Positions 9,322-18,124 of a DNA stretch of 64,000 nucleotides are shown here, one piece after another. Origin of the DNA: Candidatus Humimicrobiia bacterium. Lineage in GTDB: Bacteria > Actinomycetota > Humimicrobiia > JAHJRV01. Position numbers and translations under genes: made by a program. Below the pieces are notes generated by a model that was not told the DNA's origin, did not search any database, and was given only the letters and a program-made list of their open reading frames with translations. Position 1 is the first letter of the stretch. Every line of letters starts with the position of its first letter. The stretch covers positions 25,677 to 89,676 of the forward strand of contig JBARXA010000018.1 in assembly GCA_049647085.1 (NCBI GenBank), given 5' to 3'.

Positions 9322-9900
9322 TTAGCTTCTATATAGTTTATTTATTAAATTTGAGGAGGAGTATGACAATATAAAATTAATAAATTCATTTGAAGCAATA
9401 AATATAAGGTCATCATCAATTAATTCTTTAAACTCTAAATCCTCATTTTTAATTTTTATTCCTATAACACCTATATCATAAATTCCATCTTTTATAGCAT
9501 TTATAACTTTTAAGGAATCACTAATAAACAGCTTTATGTCCGCTTGCGGATAAAGTTTTTTAAATCTACCAATTATAAAAGGAAGAACTTGCTCTCCAGG
9601 TATAGTGCTACCACAAATATTTATTTTTCCCCTAACTATTTCTTCCTCAATCCTTATAGCTTTAAGAAGATTTTTATGTTCAGATAATATCTTTTTTACA
9701 TATTTATAGGTTTCTCTTCCAGTTTTAGTTATTTTTATAGTTTTAGTGGTTCTGTCTAAAAGCTTGGTACCCAATTCTTCTTCTAATGCTTGCAACTGCA
9801 TGGATAGCGCTGGTTGAGATATTCCAAGTTTTTTAGCAGCCTTGGAGAAACTTTTGCTATCTACTATCTCTACAAAACTTTTTAATTGAATAATATTCAA
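9322..9900 (-). CDS. LysR-family transcriptional regulator, short (192 aa; substrate-binding domain truncated)
   Basis: The N-terminal wHTH is MNIIQLKSFVEIVDSKSFSKAAKKLGISQPALSMQLQALEEELGTKLLDR. Only about 130 aa follow, against about 240 in full-length LysR-type regulators. Its start overlaps the upstream TusA-like gene by 4 nt. Confidence 0.7.
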   Translation of the reverse strand: MNIIQLKSFVEIVDSKSFSKAAKKLGISQPALSMQLQALEEELGTKLLDRTTKTIKITKTGRETYKYVKKILSEHKNLLKAIRIEEEIVRGKINICGSTIPGEQVLPFIIGRFKKLYPQADIKLFISDSLKVINAIKDGIYDIGVIGIKIKNEDLEFKELIDDDLIFIASNEFINFILSYSSSNLINKLYRS

Positions 9901-10121
9901 TGTTTTTCCCTTTGCTTAATTATTAAATGATAAATATCATTTTTCTTTTCGATCTTGAAATTGTGTCCTGTGCTTTTTATAAGTCTACTTATATTCTCAA
10001 CTGATACTTCTGTATCTATTAATACTAAAATTGGCTCATCATTTTTTTCTTCCAAAGCTTTTTTTGTTTTTATTACTGGGAGTGGACAGGAAAGACCTCT
10101 TACATCAACTTCTTTTACCAT
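9897..10121 (-). CDS. TusA/SirA(YedF)-like sulfur (selenium) carrier protein
   Basis: The 74-aa protein has the N-terminal CPxP motif (VDVRGLSCPLPVIKTKKAL). Confidence 0.75.
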   Translation of the reverse strand: MVKEVDVRGLSCPLPVIKTKKALEEKNDEPILVLIDTEVSVENISRLIKSTGHNFKIEKKNDIYHLIIKQREKH

Positions 10122-10263
10122 TTTTAGACTCCTTTCTATAAATTTAAAAAAATAGACTATTTAATTGAATCTGTTTTAAGTTTGATCTACTTTCTATTAA
10201 TTTAAAATAAGATTAATACTTATTTAATAAAATCTCTTTTCAGAATGATATTTTATAAAATTT

Positions 10264-11304
10264 CTAGGTGAGTTCTATATTACCCACCTTTCCCTTAATA
10301 ATTTCACCTACAATTTTTTTAATTTTTACTCCCTCTTCGTCTAATCTTTGTATTAACAAATCAGATTTTTCACCTGCTACTGATATCAGTAACCCGCCTG
10401 ATGTTTGGGGATCATTTAATATATCCATTAAAACACTATCCTTAGTGGGTTTTCCTTCAACATAGTTTTTTACAAATCTTCTGTTCTCATGAGTTCCTGC
10501 AGGAACAAATCCAATTTGAGCAAGCTCTAAAGCTTTTGGATATACAGGGACTTTTTGGGTATAAATTTTTGCTGATTTATTGCTTGCTTTAAGCATTATA
10601 TGAAGATGACCCAAAAGTCCAAAACCAGTTATATCAGTACAAGCATTTACACCAACTTCAATCATGACTTCAGATGCCTTTCTATTCAGAGTTCTTGCAT
10701 TATCAATTGCATCCATCATCTCTTCTTCTGTTATAATCTCACCTTTTAATGCTGTAGCTAAAATACCCAATCCAATAGGCTTAGTTAAAATCAATTTGTC
10801 ACCAATCTTTGCATCAGCACTTGTCACAATTTTATCTGGATGACTTATTCCTGTTACTGCATAACCAAATTTTGGTTCTCTATCCTCTAAACTATGTCCA
10901 CCGACTACAACAGCACCTGATTCTTCTATCTTATCTCTTCCACCTTTTAATATTTCTTCTAAAACCCAGTGTCCTAACTTTGGTGGAAAAGCTACAAGAC
11001 TAAGTGCTGTAATTGGTTTTCCACCCATGGCATAGACATCACTCAAAGCGTTAGCTGCAGCTATTTGTCCAAAAAGATATGGACTATCCACAATTGGTGT
11101 AAAAAAATCAACTGTTTGTACTAAAACTGTGTCTTTATTTATTTTAAAAGCAGCAGCGTCATCTCCATGTTCAGTTCCGACAAGAAGTTCGTCAACTCTA
11201 CCCAATGGTACCTCTTTCATTATCTCTTTTAAATCAGTAGCACTAAGCTTTGCAGCACAACCACTTTTAGTTGAATACTGAGTCAGTTGTATTTTTTCTT
11301 TCAT
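10264..11304 (-). CDS. selD: selenide, water dikinase (selenophosphate synthetase), Cys-type
   Basis: The N-terminal motif is KSGCAAKL (Cys rather than Sec). The AIR-synthase-like fold has glycine-rich ATP loops. It has the typical 346-aa length. Confidence 0.85.
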   Translation of the reverse strand: MKEKIQLTQYSTKSGCAAKLSATDLKEIMKEVPLGRVDELLVGTEHGDDAAAFKINKDTVLVQTVDFFTPIVDSPYLFGQIAAANALSDVYAMGGKPITALSLVAFPPKLGHWVLEEILKGGRDKIEESGAVVVGGHSLEDREPKFGYAVTGISHPDKIVTSADAKIGDKLILTKPIGLGILATALKGEIITEEEMMDAIDNARTLNRKASEVMIEVGVNACTDITGFGLLGHLHIMLKASNKSAKIYTQKVPVYPKALELAQIGFVPAGTHENRRFVKNYVEGKPTKDSVLMDILNDPQTSGGLLISVAGEKSDLLIQRLDEEGVKIKKIVGEIIKGKVGNIELT

Positions 11305-11406
11305 AATTTCTCCAATATTTTTAGTGATATTGTAAGTACTTTATTTTTATTTATATTCTATAAGTATGGACTGAACCCCTAACACTGGACACATTGTATA
11401 TTAAAA

Positions 11407-12480
11407 TTAATTATGAATAAATATCTTGGTAATATATGGGGATGTACAGGCGGAAAGGAGAGCACTGTAATTCAATTTAAATCTTATTTCCTGATTTAAC
11501 TTAATCTCTTGTGAGGATTTTGATACATCTAAAACTAAATGATCACCACTCGCTCCAACAATTTCAACACCATCTATTAGTGGAGTTAATCCTTTTATAT
11601 CTACATCCTGTTTACCAAGTGCCAATATTGCTCTTTTAATTAGTCCTTTATCAATGAATTTTGGGATATTTCCAAAAGCATCTCTTCCTAATTTACCTAT
11701 TGGTAAGGAGGCTTTTTCTTTTAGCTCAATAATTTGAGCAACTAAGATAAAAGTATCCTGATAGGTTCCGGGTACTATTCTATTTCCACTTACGTCTGTT
11801 CCAGTGAGTATTACTTCACCAACTCTGAATTGGTTAATTCCAGCTGGTAAATTGTTATCCTCAATTAATTTTAAAGCACTGGTATTTCCTCCAGAAACAA
11901 CGGATATTTTTATATTAAAAAAATCTTCTAATTCATTTTTTAAATCAACAAGTTCCTTCATATTTTCATATGTGGGGAGAATACCAGAAAAACATGCAAG
12001 ATTAGTGCCAATTCCTGATAATATAACTCCATCCAATTTTAAAATTTGCTTAATATAATCTTTTGTGTCTTTTGGTAATATACCTTCTCTTAACTCACCT
12101 AAATCTATCATCAAAATAATTTTATGAATTTTACCTTGATCTTTTGCGATATCTGAAATCTTTTTTATGATACTTATTTCAGAATTTAAGCTTATGTCAG
12201 CTATCTCAACTACATCTTTTAACTCGCTTTCCATAGGTATTCTTAAAAGCATTAGTTCTTTTTTATAACCTGAACTTCTTATTTTTTTCAGATTATCTAA
12301 TCTAGAATCCCCAATAAATTTTACTCCTCCCTTAAGCATTGCATTGGCGACCTCAGGCATTCCACAACATCCTTTAGTAACCCCAACAACCTCAATTCCA
12401 ATCTTATTACAAAGGCTAGTAATGTATCTTGCATTTTTCTCAATCTTATTTAAATCAATAATCAGATAAGGACATCTCAT
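11407..12480 (-). CDS. alanine-racemase-fold PLP-dependent amino-acid racemase-like protein (COG3457/YhfX/ornithine-racemase type)
   Basis: The N-terminal TIM-barrel reads LIIDLNKIEKNARYI...VVGVTKGCCG (PLP-Lys context). A C-terminal beta-domain follows. It is co-oriented with selD. Confidence 0.6.
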   Translation of the reverse strand: MRCPYLIIDLNKIEKNARYITSLCNKIGIEVVGVTKGCCGMPEVANAMLKGGVKFIGDSRLDNLKKIRSSGYKKELMLLRIPMESELKDVVEIADISLNSEISIIKKISDIAKDQGKIHKIILMIDLGELREGILPKDTKDYIKQILKLDGVILSGIGTNLACFSGILPTYENMKELVDLKNELEDFFNIKISVVSGGNTSALKLIEDNNLPAGINQFRVGEVILTGTDVSGNRIVPGTYQDTFILVAQIIELKEKASLPIGKLGRDAFGNIPKFIDKGLIKRAILALGKQDVDIKGLTPLIDGVEIVGASGDHLVLDVSKSSQEIKLNQEIRFKLNYSALLSACTSPYITKIFIHN

Positions 12481-13020
12481 AATAATTCTCCTATTTAATT
12501 AGGTTTATAACTTTCAATTCATCTCTACGGCTAAAACCGAGAGCTTTCTTGCCTATATAATCTGTAATAGATAATATATACTATTTTTAAATGAATTATA
12601 AATATGTTTTTAATTTTTAACAATTTTCTCTCCTGGCTTTACAGGAGATTATTCTTTACCAGAAATAATTGAATTGATACTCCTGTAACTTTATAGAAGT
12701 TATTTTTGCAAAACATAACTGAATTAACACTCTATATTTTCAGAGAGAGTTATTCACTGCCAAGTGTAAAATAATTAACACTACTAAAAACTCATAAATA
12801 AACTGAATATGCTTGAATAGGAAAGACATAAAATAAATTTTCAATTATAATTAGTTCCAAATAAAAAACCTTTGAGAATGCGTTATTGTGCGGGAGCTTA
12901 TAAAAATTCATCAGGAAATAATGAGAGAAGCTGTTTCTGAACTTTTGGAAAGATTAAAGGAAGGAGAAATTAAGGGTGAAATATTTATACTATTAAGTTT
13001 TATAATTGAGAGGAAATTAA

Positions 13021-14562
13021 ATGGGAGATAAAAATTTTTATATTACTACAGCTATATATTATGTAAACGAGAAACTTCATTTGGGACATGTTTATGAGTT
13101 TGTTCTTGCTGATACTCTTGCTCGATATCATAGATTATTGGGAGAAAATGTATTTTTTCTAACTGGAACTGATGAGCATGGTCAAAAGGTTGAAAGAGCA
13201 GCTCAATCTTGTGGAAAAAATCCAAAGGAATATGTAGATTATATGTCTGGTGAAGTAGTTAAACTTTTAAAATATTTTCACATTTCAAATGACGATTTTT
13301 TAAGAACAACTCAAAAAAGACATAAAAAAATTGTTCAGAAATTCTTTGAAAAATTATGGGAAAAAGGGGATATCTATAAAGGGAAGTATAAAGGTTGGTA
13401 TTGTGTATTTGAAGAAAATTTTTTAACAGAATCTCAACTTGTGGATGGGAAGTGCCCTGAATGTGGTAGAGATGTGGAAATAGTTGAGGAAGAGAACTAC
13501 TTTTTTAAATTATCAAAATATTTGGATAAAGTTTTAGAACATATAGAAAAAAACCCGGATTTTGTTATTCCTGAAACTCGAAGAAATGAGGTAGTAAGTT
13601 TAATAAAACAAGGACTGGATGATGTCTCTATTTCCCGTACCGCTTTTGAATGGGGAGTTCCTCTAACATTTGACAAAAAGCATGTTTCTTATGTATGGGT
13701 AGATGCTTTATTAAATTATATCTCAGCTTTAGGAGCCCTGACCAGTGGAGAAAAATTTAAAATCTTTTGGCCAGCAGATTATCATATTATAGGAAAGGAT
13801 ATTATAAAATTTCATGCAGTAATATGGCCTGCTCTCTTGATGTCAGCAGGCATTGAGCTTCCCAAAACTGTAGCAGCACATGGATTTTTACTTAAAGGTG
13901 AGGAAAAATTATCAAAGTCAAAAGGAATAGTTTTAGACCCATATGAGATTGCTGGTAAATATGGGGTAGATCCAGTTAGATATTTCTTACTCAAAGAGAT
14001 AGTATTTGGTAATGATGGAACATATACCAATGAACTTATGGTAAACAGATTTAACTCTGATCTTTCAAATGACCTAGGAAATCTTGTTAGTAGAGTGTTG
14101 ACCATGGTTCAGAAATATTTTAATGGAGAAATTCCAAAGAGAGATGAGTCACATGAACTTGATTTACAATTACAAAAAAGCTGGGAAGTTTGTTTAGATG
14201 ATTATTCAAAAAATATGAGTGATTTAAAGTTTAGAAAATCCTTAGTTTCAATTTGGTCATTTGTGGCTTCAGCAAATTGGTATGTGGATAAAACAGAACC
14301 CTGGTCTTTAGAAAAGAAAGGCAATATAAGCAAGTTGAAAACAGTGATTTATAATCTATGTGAGGGTCTTAGACTTTTAGCAATAGTTACATATCCAATT
14401 ATGCCAGTTGCTATGGAGAAACTATGGATACAACTTGGTATTAAAGAAAAGATATCATCTTGTAAAATTTCTGAAGATCTAAAATGGGGTCTACTAAAAC
14501 CTGGTACCAAAATATGTAAGATATACCCACTTTTCCCAAGAGTAGAAAAACAAAAATTATGA
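13021..14562 (+). CDS. metG: methionyl-tRNA synthetase (short form, no C-terminal tRNA-binding extension)
   Basis: HIGH-type motif HLGHVYEFVLAD, Zn-knuckle CPECG and KMSKS-type KLSKSKG are present. Confidence 0.9.
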   Translation: MGDKNFYITTAIYYVNEKLHLGHVYEFVLADTLARYHRLLGENVFFLTGTDEHGQKVERAAQSCGKNPKEYVDYMSGEVVKLLKYFHISNDDFLRTTQKRHKKIVQKFFEKLWEKGDIYKGKYKGWYCVFEENFLTESQLVDGKCPECGRDVEIVEEENYFFKLSKYLDKVLEHIEKNPDFVIPETRRNEVVSLIKQGLDDVSISRTAFEWGVPLTFDKKHVSYVWVDALLNYISALGALTSGEKFKIFWPADYHIIGKDIIKFHAVIWPALLMSAGIELPKTVAAHGFLLKGEEKLSKSKGIVLDPYEIAGKYGVDPVRYFLLKEIVFGNDGTYTNELMVNRFNSDLSNDLGNLVSRVLTMVQKYFNGEIPKRDESHELDLQLQKSWEVCLDDYSKNMSDLKFRKSLVSIWSFVASANWYVDKTEPWSLEKKGNISKLKTVIYNLCEGLRLLAIVTYPIMPVAMEKLWIQLGIKEKISSCKISEDLKWGLLKPGTKICKIYPLFPRVEKQKL

Positions 14563-15419
14563 TTGTTAATTTGTCTACTACAAAGAAGATATTAAAAGAG
14601 TTTGATATAAAACCAAAGAAAAGGCTTGGTCAACATTTTTTGATTGATGGTAATGTGCTTAGAAAAATTATAGATGTTGCAAAGATTTCAAATGATGATA
14701 ACATACTTGAAATTGGTGGTGGAATTGGAACATTAACTGAAGCACTTTTAAAAAAAGCTAAAAAGGTAATATGTGTTGAATATGATAATAAACTAATTTC
14801 TGTTTTAAAAGAAGTTTTTAAAGAATTAAATAATTTAATAATTATTCAAGCTGATGCATTAAAATATGATTTTAATCCCCTGATTAAAAGATATTCCATA
14901 AATAAAATGGTTTCCAATCTTCCTTACAATATAGCCTTGACTCTAATTTTTAACATGCTAAATGAATATCCGGAAATCAAGAGATATATTGTTCTGGTTC
15001 AAGCAGAAATTGGTGAAAGATTAACAGCTAAGCCTAAAGATAAAAATTATACTGCTATCTCAGTAAAAATGTCACTTATTTCTGAAATAAAAAGTTATTT
15101 TAAAGTTTCAAAAAATGTTTTTCTACCATCACCAGAGGTTGATTCGAAAGTGATTGAAATTAAGAGAAAAAAGTTCTGTTATGAAGATTTAGACAAGAAT
15201 AAGTTATTTAAATTCATTGATATATCTTTCAGGCATAGAAGAAAAAAATTGATAAATTCCATTCTGAGGTGTAAAGATTGGGAATTAAGCAAAGCTCAAA
15301 CAGAGAAAATTATTGGTGAAGTAACAGGAAACGAAAGTGTAAGGGCTGAGGAGTTAAATTCAGAAGATTTCATAAAGCTATATAGAAAGATTAATAAATT
15401 TAACTTTTTTAATATTTAG
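14559..15419 (+). CDS. rsmA: 16S rRNA (adenine1518/1519-N6)-dimethyltransferase
   Basis: KKRLGQHFLIDGNVLRKII...ILEIGGGIGTLTEAL and NLPYNI are present. The 4-nt overlap with metG suggests coupling. Confidence 0.9.
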   Translation: MIVNLSTTKKILKEFDIKPKKRLGQHFLIDGNVLRKIIDVAKISNDDNILEIGGGIGTLTEALLKKAKKVICVEYDNKLISVLKEVFKELNNLIIIQADALKYDFNPLIKRYSINKMVSNLPYNIALTLIFNMLNEYPEIKRYIVLVQAEIGERLTAKPKDKNYTAISVKMSLISEIKSYFKVSKNVFLPSPEVDSKVIEIKRKKFCYEDLDKNKLFKFIDISFRHRRKKLINSILRCKDWELSKAQTEKIIGEVTGNESVRAEELNSEDFIKLYRKINKFNFFNI

Positions 15420-15619
15420 CAGTTTTTATCTCTGAATTGGTCGCCTAAGGCTCCTTCCTTCAGGTAGGGGTAGTTCATAAACTAAAATCTGAATATAGAT
15501 TTCTTAAAGTGTGCTTTCTATAGAAAATATAGTGTAAAAAATATTATAAATTATAATAATTAATATAAAATGTATAAATATATTAAATATTATAATATTG
15601 TATATATATTATAAAGAAA

Positions 15620-15648
15620 TAGACAAAAATGCAGAAATTTTGTATAAT
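15620..15648 (+). promoter_or_regulatory. sigma-A type promoter of veg (TAGACA-17 nt-TGTATAAT, extended -10)
   Basis: A -35 box tagaca and a 17-nt spacer precede TGnTATAAT, which ends about 30 nt upstream of the TTG start with RBS GGAG. B. subtilis veg is driven by a strong sigma-A promoter. Confidence 0.5.
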
Positions 15649-15677
15649 ATAAATAAAAAGTTTGGAGTTGATTATTT

Positions 15678-15968
15678 TTGCCTATTACTGTAAAAGAAAG
15701 ATTTAGAATTATGGAAAGAATAAAAGATAAACTTGAAAACCTAATTGGAAAAAAGGTAAGAATCAGAGCAAACAAGGGTAGAAAGGTAATAATAGAAAGA
15801 GAAGGGCAGATAGAAGAGTTATACCCAAATATTTTTGTAGTAAAAGTTTACGAGAGGGGAAAAAGAGTTAGTAGAGCATCATTTAATTTTGCTGATATCT
15901 TAACCGGAATAGTTAAAATAAGCTCAATTAACAAAGATGAAGACTTTTTTCCATGGCTTTCTGAATAA
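15678..15968 (+). CDS. veg: Veg (DUF1021) biofilm/sporulation-associated small protein
   Basis: KKVRIRANKGRKVIIEREGQIEELYPNIFVVKV...RASFNFADILTG aligns with B. subtilis Veg. It sits in the conserved ksgA-veg-ispE position. The start is TTG. Confidence 0.75.
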   Translation: MPITVKERFRIMERIKDKLENLIGKKVRIRANKGRKVIIEREGQIEELYPNIFVVKVYERGKRVSRASFNFADILTGIVKISSINKDEDFFPWLSE

Positions 15969-16245
15969 ATTAAATAAACATATACTAAAAAGAAAATTTA
16001 ATTCTCAATATATAATCTACAAATTAGATAAAACCATTATTCAATATATTTTATAGATTTCTTTTAATATTCCTCACATTTTTTCTATACCAATCATAGT
16101 TCCTTTTAAAATCCTTTATAAATAATTGGTATCTATTGGATAAATTTATTTTTTATTTGGATATGTATTAATTTTTTTTCAAAAACACTTTATAATTCAT
16201 AGTGAATGTCAGTAAAAATTTAAATCAAGAGAAAGCAATTAGAAA

Positions 16246-17121
16246 ATGATTAAAGTAAAAGCAAATGCTAAAATAAATATCTATCTTAATATTCTTGAAA
16301 AGAGAAAAGATAATTATCACAATATTTCCTCTGTTATGCAGAGCATAGATTTAAGTGATGATTTAATCTTTTTTAAAAAAAGCAGTGGAATTAAGATTGT
16401 ATGTAATGATTTAAATTTACCTTTAGATGAAAGAAATTTGATATATAAATCTGCAGAATTATTAATAACAAAATTTTTTAAGTTAGACTCTTTAGGGGTT
16501 TTAATTATTTTAAAGAAAAGAATACCTATAGCTTCGGGACTTGGAGGGGGAAGTGCTGATGCAGCTGCAACTTTAATAGGTATAAATAAACTATTAAATT
16601 TAGATTTGAGTGATAGTGAATTACTAAAAATAGGGTCTTCTATTGGTTCAGATGTTCCATTTTGTTTAATTGGAGGAACAGCTATAGTTGAGGGAAAAGG
16701 AGAGAAAATATCACCGCTTGAATCTTTAGAAGATATCTGGATAGTTTTAATGAAGCCTTCTTACAATTTATTAACTAAGGATATTTATAAGAAATATGAT
16801 AAAATTGGGAGCCCTTGTTTAAATGATATTGATAAATTTATGAAATCCTTTAGTGAAAAAGAACTACTAAAAAAATTTTCAATGATAGAAAATTGTTTAG
16901 AAAAGATTGTTGAGAAAGACCATGAAACTATATCCATTTTAAAAAAGAAAGCAATGGAAAGTGGTGCTTTAGCAGCTGTAATGACTGGAAGTGGTCCAAC
17001 AGTAGTAGCATTATGTGAAGATTTTGACTCAGCATTAAAGGTATATTCAAAGTTGTCTAAGGAAGTTGATGAGATATATATTTCCAAGACCTGCTCAAAG
17101 GGAGTTGAAATATTTTCATAA
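16246..17121 (+). CDS. ispE: 4-diphosphocytidyl-2-C-methyl-D-erythritol kinase
   Basis: The GHMP kinase motif is PIASGLGGGSADAAATL. The N-terminus is KANAKINIYLNI. Confidence 0.85.
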   Translation: MIKVKANAKINIYLNILEKRKDNYHNISSVMQSIDLSDDLIFFKKSSGIKIVCNDLNLPLDERNLIYKSAELLITKFFKLDSLGVLIILKKRIPIASGLGGGSADAAATLIGINKLLNLDLSDSELLKIGSSIGSDVPFCLIGGTAIVEGKGEKISPLESLEDIWIVLMKPSYNLLTKDIYKKYDKIGSPCLNDIDKFMKSFSEKELLKKFSMIENCLEKIVEKDHETISILKKKAMESGALAAVMTGSGPTVVALCEDFDSALKVYSKLSKEVDEIYISKTCSKGVEIFS

Positions 17122-17169
17122 AATATTATTTTAAAAAGAAAATAGTTTTTAATTATGAGGAGGTAAAAA

Positions 17170-17931
17170 TTGATAGTAGATGCAGTTATTTTAGCTGGTA
17201 AAAGCTTCATAATAAATGATGATGAAATATTAAGTGACAAGGTCACATATCCTATAAATGGAATACCTATGATAGATTATGTTGTAGGTGCTGTAAAAGA
17301 TTCTAAATATATTAATAAAATTATGATTTTAGGTCATCCCGGTGTTAAACTATCTCATTTAAAAAATAAAATTGATTATTTATTATATTCAAAACAACCT
17401 TTTGCTAATAGAATTAAAGACTCAATAATTGAACTCAATTCACAAGGAAAAATACTCTTTGTATGTTCAGACATTCCTTTAATAAATGGTGAAATAATCG
17501 ATAATTTTATTGATATCTGTGATAAAGTTAAAGCTGATGTTTATTTTCCTATTATAAGAAAAGAGGAAATACTTTCCAAATACCCTAAGACAAAAAGAAC
17601 ATTCTTCACAACAAGTGAGGGAGAGTTTACAGGAGGTAATATAGCTATTGCTGATCCAAAAGTAATTTTAGATAATCTTGATCTTATGACTGACCTTTTC
17701 GAGGGAAGAAAGAAAATTTTAAAACAGGTTAGAGTTATAGGTATAACATCACTTATAAAATATCTTTTTGGAAGATTATCCATAGATGAAATAGAAGTAA
17801 AAGCAAGTAAAATAATTAAAGCTAAGGGTAAGGCTATAGTTTATAGTGGGGTTGAAGTTGGAATAGATGTGGACAAAAAAGTTGATTTAGTTTTAGTTGA
17901 GGATGTTTTATATGGAAGAAGAGAAAGATAA
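17170..17931 (+). CDS. MobA-like NTP-transferase domain protein (function unclear)
   Basis: DAVILAGKSF...GIPMIDYVVGAV...LFVCSDIPLI resembles the nucleotidyl-transferase fold. It lacks the canonical G-x-G-x-R loop. Confidence 0.45.
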   Translation: MIVDAVILAGKSFIINDDEILSDKVTYPINGIPMIDYVVGAVKDSKYINKIMILGHPGVKLSHLKNKIDYLLYSKQPFANRIKDSIIELNSQGKILFVCSDIPLINGEIIDNFIDICDKVKADVYFPIIRKEEILSKYPKTKRTFFTTSEGEFTGGNIAIADPKVILDNLDLMTDLFEGRKKILKQVRVIGITSLIKYLFGRLSIDEIEVKASKIIKAKGKAIVYSGVEVGIDVDKKVDLVLVEDVLYGRRER

Positions 17932-18124
17932 AATTAATACAAATCAGTTAATAAAAAGAGTCATTTCTATTGTATTTGCCTTATTAATAAAAATCTCATA
18001 AAATTAATTGTTTATCTCTAAATTTTAATACTGAATATTTTGACTTAGAATTAACAAATTAGTTGTAAATATTAGAAACAAAATCAAAATTATAAAGATA
18101 ATTAAGTAATGTGGTGATTAAATT

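Noticed and set aside
12481-13020. T-box or SAM riboswitch upstream of metG.
   Set aside because: No AGGGTGGNACCGCG T-box core, specifier-loop architecture or S-box consensus is visible. Only AAGGGTGAAAT, which is too weak.
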